From NCBI RefSeq assembly GCF_009914755.1, contig NC_060942.1: a DNA stretch of 64,000 nucleotides. One strand, given 5' to 3'. This document shows, in pieces, positions 38,520 to 52,640 of the stretch (position 1 is the stretch's first letter; each line of letters starts with the position of its first letter). The DNA is from the human T2T-CHM13v2.0 reference genome, Homo sapiens. The translations under genes were made by a program, and so were the position numbers. The notes beneath the pieces were generated by a model. That model was not told the DNA's origin and ran no database searches. It saw only the letters and a program-made list of their open reading frames with translations.

Positions 38520-38933
38520 CTTTCTCTTGAAGATAGTTTTGGGACATTGTAGATGGGGAAGAGAACCATAAAGTATCTCAACGATCACCCATTTTCTAGT
38601 GTCATTGCCTTGGGAATTCTCTTAGGAGACAGGATATCTCTTAGGATAAAGCAAAAACTTTCAAGACATGGTGCTTAGTAGCATTTTCCTGTGTGCAATG
38701 AGTCAAATGTGGGCAGCTCTCCTGCCTAGCATTCTGGTACTCAAGTCTTCCTCTCTTTTGCAGCCTTCAGGGGAAATGGAAATAGCTTGAGATTCTTTTC
38801 TAAATTCATGAAGTTACCACTGACCTTCAGTTTTCTTAAAGTCTCCACAGATTTTGTAGTTCACTGACCCTCATGAATACTCATGCCCTGCAGGACTTTG
38901 AGATTTGGAGAAAAGCAGCAGTTCCCTGGTTCT
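38520..38933 (-). pseudogene. Candidate decayed exon abutting, or disrupted by, the L1PA insertion
   Basis: Acceptor catttacttctaatcag| at 38933; about 63 codons with one TGA (EPGNCCFSPNLKVLQGMSIHEGQ*TTKSVETLRKLK...). Confidence 0.3.
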
Positions 38934-39269
38934 CTGATTAGAAGTAAATGCATGCACGTAATATTCAAATATTCAGTGGAATAAAGGCATGCACATAATA
39001 TTCAGATATTTGTCTTTACAAAAGCTCTGTTGATACCAATTGCAGCTTTTCCATCCAGAGTACAGGCCTGAAGATATATTTCCTGAAAATGTATGCCACA
39101 TAAAAAATAAGTCTTAAAACAAAAAACAAGAACAATGCATTCTTTGCGGCATGTAGAGAGAGCTGAAAGTGTCACATCTTCAGGATGTAAAATAGTTTAA
39201 AGTTAATACAACTATGGTGTGTAAAGCTTGTCTGAAAAATAACCAAGGAGTGATGTTATTTGTAGTGAT

Positions 39270-39521
39270 TTTTTAAGCACGTAGACTGTGATGCACCACT
39301 GGATTGAGTCTTATTTCCAATAATGGCTCGGGCAAGATAATGAACGTATTATGTATAATACTGCTTCTTGATGACAAAGTAACTCTAAATATTCCCAGAC
39401 TCTTTGTATGTTTCAGTAGAACTCTTTTGTAATAATGGAATGCACCAAAAGGAAAATGGACCAGAGTTGTTAAACTCCTTTTGATGGAGTAACAAAAGGG
39501 CCCATTTTCCTTGCCTTTTCC
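39270..39521 (-). pseudogene. Candidate decayed exon of the relic gene
   Basis: Acceptor gatttctaaattag| at 39521; 82 stop-free codons without ATG (GKGKENGPFCYSIKRSLTTLVHFPF...). Confidence 0.35.
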
Positions 39522-39770
39522 CTAATTTAGAAATCGTTTTATGAAGCATTTGTTAAGTGAAACATATATGCACAGTTTGGTAAATGAGTTTAGTGGAATG
39601 TTGCAGTGTGGGACTAATTACAATCAGAAGAAAGCTGAACTAAAAATCAAGAGACATACAATCAAGTCCTGCTAATTTTTGACCTTGGGCAAAACACATT
39701 AGCTTTTTTTCTCAGGTTTTTCATTGGTAGAAGAGGTGTGTATATATGTGTATGTGTGAAAAGGGTAATC

Positions 39771-39985
39771 TCTGGGTTCTCAAATAAGGTGATACTGACC
39801 TCAAGGGAGTGTTTGGAAAACTGTAGGGGCATTTTTATTTGTCACATTCACTTGGGATATTCCTGACATTCACTGGTTGCCAGTCTGGGTTAGAAAACAT
39901 CCTACAATGCACAAGATGATCTTGCCCAGTGAAGAATTTTCCTTCCTCAAATGACAGTCATCAAGACCCCCCCTTGGGGAAGCTG
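39771..39985. mobile_element. MER20 (hAT-Charlie) DNA transposon
   Basis: ggttctcaaa..ggtgat..gacctcaagggagtgtttggaaaa...aaacatcctacaatgcacaagatg. Confidence 0.8.
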
Positions 39986-40077
39986 CAGATGATTCTCTGC
40001 AGTCTCTTCCAGTTCTGCATTCAAATTACACAGTTGGTAAAAACAGTATTAGGTTAAATAAAAAGCAGATTCCATGA

Positions 40078-40566
<489 letters not shown>

Positions 40567-40569
40567 TAG

Positions 40570-41700
40570 ATGTTATTATTATATTGCCGAAAATAAGCCT
40601 GAAGCTTAGGGAGGATGGGCAACTTGTCTAAGACTGCAAGTGGCAGAACAAAAATGTTAATTTGAACCTGTCTGGCTCCAAATCTGGGGCTCTTTCCTCA
40701 CATTATGCTCCTTTGAAGATGGAAAATAGTCAAGATGAGGATAGAAAAGTACATGTGTGTCAAGTGACCATGAAGAACTTTTTCTAGTTCCTTGGTGGAT
40801 GTATGTTAGTTACTGTTTTGCCTCTGACCCTTTGCAAAGGCTGCATCTTTTTTCCTGAACTCCTCTTCTGCGCTTGACCAACTCATCTTCATCCTCAGAT
40901 CTTGCTTGTGCTTTGCTTCCTCTGGGAAGCTTTCCCTGACCACGTGGAATGGATGTTAGGAGCCTGCTTTGTTCCAGGAGTCTCCAGTACTTCCTCAATC
41001 ATCCACACTCCACCTTAGTGTAGCTGTTTGATTGACTTCCACGCTGGTTGTAAGCTTCATGAGGATGAAGTGCGATGGGTCCCCATTTCCAAGCACTGTA
41101 TATTGCACATTACGAAATATTTGTTGAGTAGAGGGACATAAAAAGTGAACACAGCAATTCAGTTTAAGAAACACAGTGATATTAATTTGAACGTTTGTTC
41201 TTTGAACTCTTTTAACATTAAATAGCATTCATTTTATATAAATACATAATTTTACATATACTTATTGCTGTAATTCTTTATAGTATGCATTTCTAAAATT
41301 TATTTCTCATACTCGTGTTTACTCTTCTACTTTTACTATTTAATATGTTTTATTTTATGTATCTTTGTGTTTGTATTTGTTTTCTTTAGACATGCTGTGT
41401 ATCAGTTAAATGCATGATGATAATATATTCTGGGGACAGAATAGCAGAAAAGGCAGAGTGAAGACAGTGGAGCCAGGTGGCCTGAGTTTGAGAATCTTGG
41501 TTCTACCACTTACTAGCTACATGGCTTTTGACAAGTCACTTGGCCTTTCTTCATAGAAAAAAAAAAAAAGAAAGAAAGAAAATAGGAGTACTTATCCCTG
41601 ATGATTGTTTTGAATATTAACAAAGGTAATACATGTAATATATGCAGTATAAGTAAAGCACTTAAGGGGCTTGAGAAAAAGTGTTAGTACATGTGCAGTT
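40570..41700. mobile_element. MIR (40570-40710), L2 3' end (40820-41130) and MIR (41430-41700) fragments
   Basis: Degenerate MIR cores and an L2 3' motif (gggaagctttccctgacc...gtaagcttcatgagg...aatatttgttgag). Confidence 0.6.
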
Positions 41701-41829
41701 ATTCTTATTCTTATCTTTCTCTTTGATTGGGCCATTTTAAGGTATTATAGATTAAAAAATGTATGAGAAAGGGGAAATGATTAAACTTGATTATTTCCAT
41801 TCAGGGGACGTTAAATAGTTTTCTAAATC

Positions 41830-42045
41830 TTTGATTTAGAAGACTCAAGGTGACTTATGCCAATCAGTACCAGCGCAAAGAAGCAAGGAGCACATCGCTT
41901 GTCCCAGGATGGACTTAGAGGGTAACACTCTGGAAGAGACAATCAGCCATCTGGTGTCACGTTATTACTCCAGTGAAGCTTTGTTCTTATCTACCTCCTT
42001 TGTGCTGTTACTGTCAGCACATGTAGGCTCTGTCGTAATTCTTTT
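41830..42045 (-). pseudogene. Candidate decayed exon of the relic gene
   Basis: Strong acceptor caatctcaccttttcag| at 42045; GC-richer unique block; frame KELRQSLHVLTVTAQRR*IRTKLHW... with two stops. Confidence 0.3.
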
Positions 42046-42739
42046 CTGAAAAGGTGAGATTGAAGTCTTACGAGCCTATCAAAGAGCAGGTCCCTGTGGC
42101 TAATATTGGTGATAGATTTTTGCAATATGGCAGTACACAACCTTAATACTCTATGTTAGGAACCTTCTAAATCTCCTTGATGATAATTTAACAAAAGTCT
42201 TATATGCATCTCAAGGAATTAATCACCAAAGCTATTCTCTCTTTTGGGTGCTAGGCCCCAAAATAAACAGGCCTCACAATAAACAGTTTGAGACACATCT
42301 AAAACCAACATTTTCAAGTTTTCTCACTCTTGTTTTAGTGTATGGATCACTGTGAATCTCTAGTTTGCAAATAATTAATGGATGACAATTATGCTGCTTT
42401 CCACAGTACCATTTCTTGTTAATCTTGGCTGGTCATGCAACTTGTACGAGGACTCATTTTAAATCATAGCGATAAATCCTGATTAGTGAAATGTGCATAC
42501 AAGTTTCTCAACATATTGTACTGTGAAATACTGGATTAACAAATGTATGTTTGTATAATCCTCATCAGTAATGATATTTGGCTTGAGAGGTGAGGAATTG
42601 AAATTTAAGCAGTGTTATTTTTTTCTCACTTTTGGAAGTCTGGAGAGTTTATATTTTAGCTATTTATTAAACCATGAATAGTGTAAACTGTCATTGATAT
42701 GCTATAATGTCAAGAGAAAGCTAAGAAAGTCAAAATTAT

Positions 42740-42895
42740 TCAAGACACAATGTGGCAGATTTTGATAATAGGGAATATGTAGTGCACTGTTACAAAAACC
42801 GGATCTTGGAAGAATATCTGCTTGGTGATAGTAATGGCATTCTCCAGTTTTCTATTGAGAAAGCTCATTTGCTCCACTGGAGAGCTTCTTATATC
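42740..42895 (-). pseudogene. Candidate decayed exon of the relic gene
   Basis: Possible acceptor atatcatttaag| at 42895; ORF-track frame DIRSSPVEQMSFLNRKLENAITITKQIFFQDP; frame uncertain. Confidence 0.25.
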
Positions 42896-43239
42896 CTTAA
42901 ATGATATACATGTGTGGGAAAATACCAGAAGAATTTTTTTTTTTTGAGAAATGGGGCATATTTGTACCCCAGACTGGTTGGGTTTTGCTTTAATGCTTAC
43001 CAAATCACTATCATTCTAAGGCTATTTATATTGGTAATTACCTGGTTTTTTTATTTGATTACTCTTGCTAATTAAGAATTGGGTAAATAATGTGGGACAA
43101 GACATAATATCTATGTTGTACACTTTTCTGTGAATATATTTTATAATACCTTATGCAAATGGTAAGTTTTCTCAGGTGTAGCAGGTAGCATGGTCATGAC
43201 AATTCCAGGAATATATTGGAATACCTTTGTTCTTATGTT

Positions 43240-46200
43240 GTTAAGGAGAACAACAACTACATTAAAAGAGCTGAGAGAAGAAAGTAAGACAAATATGTAT
43301 TTATAAAGCTTGCTATATTAACCTTCTTATTTACCATTTCTGGGTCTCTTCCTTTCTTCTTATGACTTTGAGTTTTTGTACTGTGTCATTTTCTTATCCC
43401 AATACAATTTTCTTCTTTCCTGTCTATTTTGTGCTGGTATTGTCAAATATGTTTCATTTCTATGTGTTAACAGACCCCACAATGCAATCACATACATATT
43501 GTTTTGTGGAATTGCTTTTTAAGTTAGTTAAGAGAAGAAAAGAGAAGAAATGTGCAATTATATTATCTTTTAGAATCAACTACAGAAATACCTTTCTCGG
43601 CATTCTTTCTGTTTTATATGTGTGGATTCAAATTATTGCTTATCTGTTTTCTTCAGCCTGAAAACTTTCCTTTGTATTTCTTCTAAGGTGGGTCTGTGAG
43701 CAACAGACTGTCTCAGTTTTTGTGTATATGGAAGTGTATTTATTTGGCCTTCATTTGAAAAAATTGAGGTATAATTTAGAAGCTATAAAATTCTCTCCTT
43801 TAAAGCGTGTTATGTGGTTTTTACTAAATCCACAAAGTTGTGTAACCATCATCACTATCTAACTTCAGAACATTTTAATTACCTCACAAAGAAACCCTAC
43901 ATCCACTAGCAATCATTATTCATTCCTCCTACCCCGTAGTCTTTGGCATCCATTTTCTGTTTCAATGCATTTGCTTATTCTGGGCATTTCATATAAATAG
44001 AATCATATAATGTGTGGATTTTTGTCAGTCTACTTTTACTTAGCATAATGTTTTAAGGTTCACTCATGTTGTATTATGCGTCAGTATTTCATTTCTTTTT
44101 ATGGCTAAATATTCTATCTATGAATATATCATTTTATTTACCTATTCATCAGTTTTTGGACATTTGACTTGTTTCCACTTTTTGGGTATTTTGATTAATG
44201 CTGCTATAAATATGTACACAGAAGTTTCATGTAGATATGTTTTCAGTTCTCTTGTGTATGTACCTAGGAGTGGAATTGCTGGGTCATATAGTAACTCAAC
44301 GTTTAACTTTTTGAGGAACTGCCAAAGTAGTTTCTGTAATAGCTGCACCATTTTACATTCCCACTAACAATGTATTGCTTCTAATTTCTTCACATCCTTT
44401 CCAAAATGTGTTATTTCCTCCTTTTTGAATATAGCCATCCTAATGGGTATGAAGTGGTGTGACTCTAGTTGTGGCTTCAAATATGTCGTTTCATTGCCCT
44501 CTGGCTTTTAAAGTTTCTGATGAGAAGCCAGCTGTTAACCTTGTTCAGGTCCCCTTAACATGATGTATCTTTTTTTCCCTTGCTGCTTTCAAGATTTCCT
44601 CTTTGTATATCAATATTTTGACTATGACGTGAGGATAACAGCTCTTTGTATTTATTCTATATGAAGTTTGTTGAGCTTCTTGGATGTGTGGATTAATGAT
44701 TTTCATCAAATTTAGAAAATTTTCAGACACAATTTCTTCAAATACATTTTTGATCTTTTTTCTTTCCCCGTTTTTTTTCCTGGAACTCCCACTATGCATA
44801 TGTTGGTGTGTTAATGATGTCCCACCTTTTTCTGAGGTCCTGTTCATGTTTCTATGTTTTTCTTTCTGTTTTTGAGACTGCTTAGTCTCTATTGATCTAT
44901 CTTTGCCAGTTTTTTCTTCTGAGAGCTCAAATCACTGTTAAGCCCCTCTAAGTTTTTTATGTTTGGTAATTTCACTTATCAACTACAAAATTTTTGTTTT
45001 TATAATTTTTATCTCTTTGTCGTTTTTATAATTTCTATCTCTTTACTGATACTATCTATTTGATGAGACACTGTCATCATAAATTCCTTTAACTCTTTAA
45101 GCATGGGTTCCTTTAGCTCTTTGAACATACTAATAGTAGTTGTCTTGAAGTCTTTGTCTGATAAGTCCAACATCTAGGCCCCTTAAATAAGGTCCTTCCT
45201 ATTGCCTGCATTCTCCTCACTGTATATGGATCACACATTCCTGTTTCCTTACTGTTTTTTTGATAACTAGACCTTTAAATTAATACATTGTAGCAACTCT
45301 GGATACTGATCTCTCACTGCTTGGAGCTTATTGTTTGCTTCCTTATTTGTTTAATAACTTGGCTGGACTGCTTTAATGAGATCTATTCCCCGTAATGTGC
45401 AGCCTATGATGTCCCTTCTGAGAGGGCACCGCCATGGGCCCACAGTCTTTAATCCTGATCACCAGAGGTGACTGTGGTTTTAATCAGGCTCTTTTTGACT
45501 ATTTCTTTTCTGTTTCAGCTTCTGCTCTTTCTCTATTCATATCACATTCCTCTGTAGGATCCACTAATTGCTAGCTGATTGCTGTATTTTTTTGGACAAC
45601 ACGCTATGTATGGCATTAATTGTTCCATAGTTTGATACAATTAAAATTCAGCCCCTTGAAAGGGGCAGGTTGTTGCCAGTCTTTGAGGCTGGTTGGTATC
45701 CTCTCCTGAATAGAACCTCTATGCAACAGAGTAAGAGCTGAGAGGTGAACTAGATTTTCATTGGCTATCCCACCTGTATCCTCCCTGGAGAGATGGGTCT
45801 GTGTGTGTAGGAGGATGGAGGGAGGTAAGGGTTGGTATCACCTCTTGGTTTTGGCCACCAGCTAGCATGGATCTGCTGTAACCCAGTGCCAGAGAGGGTG
45901 GAAACTGCTGACATTCATCATCTGCCACATGGTCTTTGCCTTAGGAAGCTGGTGGAGGTGGGAGCTGACACTTGGGTGCCACACCCACTGGAGCAACTCA
46001 GAACTGTGTAGGAAAGGGGGACTGCATTCTTCAACAGCTGTCCTGCCTGGGTCCTACCCAAAATGCAGGGGTTGATGTGACAAAAGTTGCCCCCCAGCTG
46101 TTGCCAACTGCTTGATAGAGGTCCTCTGTATACAGATATGTAGAAAGTGGGATCTGCTGATATTCACGGGCTGCTGAAACCACCCAGAATAGTAATTCCA

Positions 46201-46500
46201 TCCCACAGAGCTGAGGAGGATAGGAACTTCCAGTTGGGTACCAAACCCACTGGGCCCACTGAAACTCTTCTGCAAGGGAGAGGTGTTGGTGGATGGGTGC
46301 AGTCTCTAGTTTGAATGTTGCAGCCTCCACAGTTCTTACTGAGTTTCCAGAGATTTTTTTGAGTAAGGGCTTTTCAATTTGTTGTAAGGTCTTTGATTAG
46401 TCTTTAGAGACTTTAAATAATTGTTTTTGCTAATTTTGACCCGCATACTTGATATCGCTCTAGTGGAGAGGTTTTACTGAACTATTCACAACATCATCTC
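43240..46500 (-). mobile_element. Old L1M (ORF1/5' region) with a nested L1MB 3' end at about 43760-44460
   Basis: ORF 44545-44847 is L1 ORF1-like (FEEIVSENFLNL..HIQEAQQT..EEILKAAREK); ORF 44142-44351 is the ORF2 C-terminus (YDPAIPLLG). Confidence 0.8.
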
Positions 46501-46901
46501 AGAAATCCTGCTTCTCACAATTAAATTATGTAATTATAAAACCCTGCCATATATTTTAAAGCAATTTTTGCTTATTGAATAATTTTTCAGCTAATTAGCT
46601 CATTTCACCTCTACTAAGAACTGGCCTTTCAAAATCTCAAAATCTCAAACTAGATGTTCTTACTTGGGACCTATTTATGAATGTGTTCAGATCACAGTAC
46701 TCATGTCACCAAGATCATGACATGTTTTAATTTGCTCCAAGAAGCACAAAATCTATCCACTGGGCCATTCTACTGCCACTTTAAATCTCAAGAAGATAAA
46801 CTCTATTTTTAATGTCTTTATTCACTTGGGTGTTTTATCTTTCCATTTTGAAAAAGACATCCAAAAAATTTCTTCCTTCATATAATTATTATTTTTCTTG
46901 C

Positions 46902-47154
46902 CTTGGGAAGTGGTGGCTGGTCTCTCTGGTTATCCTGGGGGTGCTGCCTTGGCTACTCAAAGCTGAGAGCTCAAGGTGAGCCAGGATCTGCACCCGCAGC
47001 AGCAGTATTTCAATATGCTGGAGCATTAGCCTCTACGGAGGAGTGTACTGGAGCCAATAGAGGAAGATGCCCAGTGAAGACTGGGATCTGGGTCCCAAAT
47101 CCACCATTTTATTTCCAATAGTCAAAGATGTAAGAGTGTTTTCAATAAGTTTAT
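46902..47154 (-). pseudogene. Candidate decayed exon (253 bp, phase 1 to 2)
   Basis: Pyrimidine tract ttttttccttttaa| (AG replaced by AA); 83 codons with one TAG (KLIENTLTSLTIGNKMVDLGPRSQSSLGIFLYWLQYTPP*RLMLQHIEILLL...); AAG|gcaaga donor. Confidence 0.45.
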
Positions 47155-47594
47155 TTAAAAGGAAAAAACCCACACACATACCTATATTCCATCATTGTAA
47201 AAATTATTTCCGCTTTTGTGTATTATTGTATTATTCTTGTCCATTTGCAAATAATTCTTATATTATGGAAATCTCAATTTTTAAAAAACTCTGTGGTTTT
47301 TAAATGTCATACCATTCATTTTAGATCCTTAGGTTTTTCAGGCTAGAAGTGGAGATGTAAAAAACTTGTTGCTCATCTTTAAAAAAATTTACTTTTCAAA
47401 GTTTAGATAATATTTCAAAATTTCATCTTTGTAGTTGGTAGAATTTTGGATCTGGAAGGAAAAGACCATCTATTTAATATTTTTTTTTACAAAAGAGAAA
47501 ACAGGGGCCCAGATAAGTTACCTGAGCTGCCTAAAGGGAAAAGTGGCCAATGGCAGAATTATGAGGATTTTTCTGACTCCTAGGTGCTTTCTTA

Positions 47595-47700
47595 AGTCTC
47601 ACTATGTTCCCTTGGCTGGCCTCAAACTCCTGGGCTTAAATGATCCTCCTGCCTCAGCCTCCTGAGCAGGTGGGACTACAGGCCTGCACCACCATGCTTG
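47595..47700 (-). mobile_element. FLAM / Alu monomer fragment
   Basis: gtctcactatgttcccttggctggcctcaaactcctgggcttaaatgatcctcctgcctcagcc. Confidence 0.85.
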
Positions 47701-47848
47701 ACTTTTCCTTGCATTTTTAACAGCATGCTTTATACTAATAAACATCAGCAAATAAGGCTAAACAAGTTATTTAAATTATTTTTTCCCCACACCTGGCACA
47801 GAGCTCAAATAGTGACTTTTGGGCTTTAAACATTTGCTCTTTGGAAAC

Positions 47849-48187
47849 CTAACTTGGCACACACGGTAAGAATATAAAGATGATTTCTCTTTCCTGGAAA
47901 TTTCAGGTTGTCTGGGATACAAACAAAAGGGCTGCCAGGTCGCCCAAAGCACATGCTGAAGCATGCCAAGGAAGGCTTCTGATTGGTCCCAGCCTTCCAG
48001 GTCTCTATGGGCCTCATTAATTTGATGTGCTTTGCTTCTATGACAATAGAACACTGGCCTAGTCAATTACTTGGAACTGCATTTCTCAGCTTGTCACACT
48101 CCCCCTGTCTTTTAGGGTCTGGAAATAACTGGGAAAGAAAAGCCTTGTGGAAAGAAGACATCTCCAGGTTTGTTTCCTTCTTGCACC
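47849..48187 (-). pseudogene. Candidate decayed exon (339 bp, phase 1 to 1)
   Basis: Strong acceptor cattcttttacag| at 48187; 112 codons with one TGA (CKKETNLEMSSFHKAFLSQLFPDPKRQ...MRPIETWKAG...); weak donor TAG|gtttcc. Confidence 0.5.
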
Positions 48188-51100
48188 CTGTAAAAGAATG
48201 TGGATCTTCCCTCAAATAAGTAAAGGTGAATTTATTCACTTAAAAACACTGAAACTGTTTTGATTGCAATGTATGGAAACATCCAAGTTTTAAAAACAGT
48301 CAACTCTTTGATACACGCTTATCTCATTAGTCTCTCCTTTTTAATGGAAAATTTCTTGTTTCCACATGTAAAGGTAAGCAATGCAGTTTCTTTATGCTTG
48401 AAAACATTAGACCACTAAATATTTCTAATTCCAATATTTTAAAATAGCCATTGTATAGAATAGTTTTATTCCAGACTGACATGAACATTCTCATATTTCT
48501 TGTTTTTAAGACAATACAAATTGTAGCCCTTTCACTTTCCATATGCGGAAAGGGCTGTAGTGGAAATAAGAACCAGCAAAAACCAGACTTTCTACTCTAG
48601 TGTTATGTTACTTGAAAGTCAAAACCTCAGTTTCCTTCAGTCTTATAAAGGGGTTGATAACCTGTTATGTAAGTCACAAGCCTTATGTTGGCTCTATTTT
48701 AGTAAGACAGTTTTCACTGTGAAAAAGTAAAGAATCTGCTGTTAACTTACTTTTTCTACCACATGCCAACAATTTGAAATGTAGAATTTTCTTCTTTTCT
48801 GATATTTCAGAAGTTCAATTCCTCTACCTGTTTTTAAAATTCTATTTTCTCTAATCTCCGTCAATTGGTGTAATAGATATTTATTGAGCTCAGATTCAGG
48901 AAATGCTCACAGCAGCATTAAAAATGTTAAAATAATCTCCTTCCATTTTAGGGACAAGGAACTGATGCTGAAGAGCTTAAAGAACATGTACAAAGTCTTA
49001 TTGGGAGTAAATGAGTTAGGACTTGAACCCAAGACTGACTCAAAGGCCTGAGCTTCTATCCATTAGTGCTAAACAATCAGTTCTAGTGCTTTCATCATCT
49101 GTCGCGTTCTTTCTCCTAACTTTTAAACATGTTCCAGTGTCTCCTTCTTTAAACCAATAGTAGAGATTTATTTTCTAGATCCTACTTCTCAAGCCCATCT
49201 TTTTCCTTCCTTTCATTGTTCAATACCTTGAACAATTAGTCTTTACACACAGACTCCACTTCTTTACCTCTCCATCCACTCCCCAACTCACTACCACCTG
49301 GCTTTTGCCTCTACCATTGTAAAAACTCCTTTCACGAAGGTGAACAATTATTTAAGTGCTAACTCTTATGGCCTTTCCTTTAAACATTTTAAACTCAAAG
49401 TACAAGTGCAAAGATTTAATTTTGATGAATTTTTACGTATTTACACACTACTCATATCAAGTTATAAAATATTTGCGGCATTCCAGAAGGCTCCCTTGTG
49501 CTTCTTGACAGTCTTATGCTTAACCCCACTCACAGGTGCCCCCATTCTGATTTCTATCACCACAGACTAAGCTTAAACTAATTTTGAATACTCTGTACAT
49601 AGAATCATGTACTTGTCTCCTTTTGTATCTGGTTTTGTTTACTCAATATTATGTCTAGTAGATTTATACAAACATCTATATGTAGTTTATTTTTAAAAAT
49701 TTGCTGAGTAGTATTCAAGATCTGAGTAAGTCACAGATTACTTATTCATTCTACTCTTGATAGACGTATGGTTTATTTTCAGTTTTTGCTATTACTAATA
49801 AAGCTGATGTGAACAGTCTTGTACATGGCTTTTGGTAGACATAGCACTCATTTTCTTGGGGCATATACACAGAAGTGGAATTGTTAGCTCATAGACTAAG
49901 CATTTACTAAGTTTTGGTAGATTCTGTCAAATGGTTTTTGAAGGTGATTTCACCAATATATACCCTTACTGGTAATATATGAGGGTTTTAACTACTTTAT
50001 ATCTTCACTGTCACTTGATACTGTCCGTCTTCTTTTAGGTGGTACTGTTTTTAAAAATTCCATTTTCCAATTGTTCGTTGTTAGAATTAGAAATACAATT
50101 TACCTTTTAAAAGATTTATTGAGATATAATTCACAAACCATACAATTCACCCATTTAAAGTATAAAATTCATATTCAAAGTATAATAACAAGTATAATAA
50201 AAATTCAAAGTATAATAAAAAGTTGTATAACCGTCAACACAATCAATTTTAGAACATTTTCATTACCCCAAGAGGCAACAGTCCCAAAGCCCCAATTCTG
50301 TGTCACTATTGCCCTCCAGCTCTAGGAAACCACTAATCTGCTTTTTATCTCCAGATTTACCTGTTCTGGCTATTTAATATAGGAGGAATCAGACACTATG
50401 CGATCCTTTCTGATGGCTTCTTTCACTTAGCATCATATTCTCAGGGTTCGTGCATGTTATAACATGCTTCAGTACTTCATTCTTTTTTATTGCCAAATAA
50501 TATTCAATTTTATGTATATACCACATTCTATTTATTCATTCATTCATTGATATACATTTGGATCTTTTTCATTTTTGATTATTATGAATAATGCTGCTAT
50601 GAACATTTGTGTATATATTATTGTATGGACATATGTTCCATTTCTCTTGCATATATACCTAGGAGTGGAATTGCTGGATCATATCATAACCCTATATTTA
50701 GACTTCTGAGGAAATGCCAGACCCTTTTCCAAAGTGGTTAACCATTTTAAATTTCCTACAACAAGGTGTAAAGATTCTAATTTCTCCATATCATTGACAA
50801 CACTTACTATTATCTTTTTATTATAGCTACCCTAGTGTGTATACAGTGATATCTTATTGTGATTGCATTTGCCTGATGGTTAAGGATATTGAGACTTTTT
50901 TCATGTGCATATTGATTGGTCTTTTGTATATATGTGTGAACACATATATTTTGGGAAGTGTCTGCTCAGATCTTTTGCCCATTTTTAGCTGGCTTGTCTT
51001 TTCATTACTAATTTATAATAGTTATTTATATTTTCTAGTTAAAAGTCCATATTTGATATATTATTTGCAAAACTTTTTTGGTATACTTCAGGTTGTCTTT

Positions 51101-52009
51101 TCACTTTCCTGATGGTGTCTCTGAAGCACAAAAGTTTTCCATTTTGATGAAATCCAATTTACCACCTTTCTTTGATTGCTTGTGCTTTTGGTGTCATATA
51201 TAAGAAACCATTGCCTAATCCAGGGCCATGAGTATTTATGCCTCTATTTTTTTTCCCAACAGTTACATAGTTTTAGCCCTTACATTCAGGACTTTGATCC
51301 GTTTTGAATTTTTTTTTAAAATATATGTTGTTAGGTAAGGTTTCAACTTCATTCTTTTGCATCCAATTGTCCCAGTGCCATTTGTTGAATTAGCTTTTTT
51401 TTTTTTTTTTTACCATTGAATTGTCTTGCAATCCTTGTCAAAAATAAATTCATCATAAATATGAGGATTTATTTCTAGACTTTCAATTCTATTCCACTGT
51501 CTCACATGTCTATTCTCATTCAAGTACTATATTGTCTCAATTACTGTGGCTTTGTAGAAAATACTGAAATCAGTTAGTATGAATCTTCCAACTTTGTTCT
51601 TTTTCAAGATTGTTTTGTTATTATGGGCTCCTTGAATTTCCAAATCAATTTTATTTATTTGGATAAGCTTGTCAACTTCTGCAACAAAGTCAGCTACTGG
51701 GATATTGATAGAGATTGTGTTGAATCTGTAGATTTATTTGGGAAGTAATGCTATCTTAGCAATATTAAATCTTCTAATCCTTGCACATGGGAAGTCTTTC
51801 CATTTATTTAGGTCTTCTTTAATTACCTTCAACAGTGCTTTGTAGTTCTCAGAGTATAAGTTATACACTTCTTTTTGTTAAATTTATTCATAAGGATGTT
51901 ATTCTTTTTGGTGCTATTACAAATAAAATTGTTTCTTCATTTCATTAAATGTTACCATTTAGAAATACAATTAGTCATTGTACATTGATCTTCCTTCCTG
52001 CAATCTTTC

Positions 52010-52401
52010 TATCTTAGTCTGTTTGTGCTGTTACAAAAAATCTGAGACTGGGCAATTTATAAAAAACATAAATTTATTTCTTACAGTTCTTGAGGCTGGG
52101 AAGTCCAAGATCAAGATACTGGCAGTTCTAATATCTGGTGAGGGCTTAATCTCTGCTTCCAAAATCGTGTCTTGAATGCTGTGTCCTCACATGGTGAAAG
52201 GGACAGAAAGGCAAAAGAGAACAAACACTGTTTTCTTACATGGTGGAAGAGCAGAAAGGGATGACCACTAGTTCCCTCCAGTGCTTATAAGCTCTTCCTA
52301 CAGGACTTAATCACCTTCAAAGGGTCCCACCTCTTAATACTATCACATTGACAATTTCACATTTCAGTACACAAATTTGGGGGGACATTCAGATCATAAC
52401 A
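52010..52401 (-). mobile_element. MaLR solo LTR (MST/MLT1A-like)
   Basis: tcttagtctgtttgtgctg...tttatttcttacagttcttgaggctgggaagtccaagatcaag...ggggacattcagatcataaca. Confidence 0.88.
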
Positions 52402-52509
52402 TTTGCCAATTTTTTTTCTTAATTCTAATGGATTGTTAGTGGATTCCTTGGGAATATGTAAAACTATATTTGCATTTGTTCTGACTATATATATTACATA
52501 ACAATACCC

Positions 52510-52640
52510 AAATTATATAAATGGATACACACACACATATATATGCATACTTATATGTATATACACACATGTACACATATATGTATATGTATAAAAATTA
52601 TATATATGTATATATGTGTGTGTGTATATATATACACACA
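52510..52640. repeat. Mixed (TA)/(CA)/(TG) microsatellite
   Basis: Directly visible. Confidence 0.9.
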
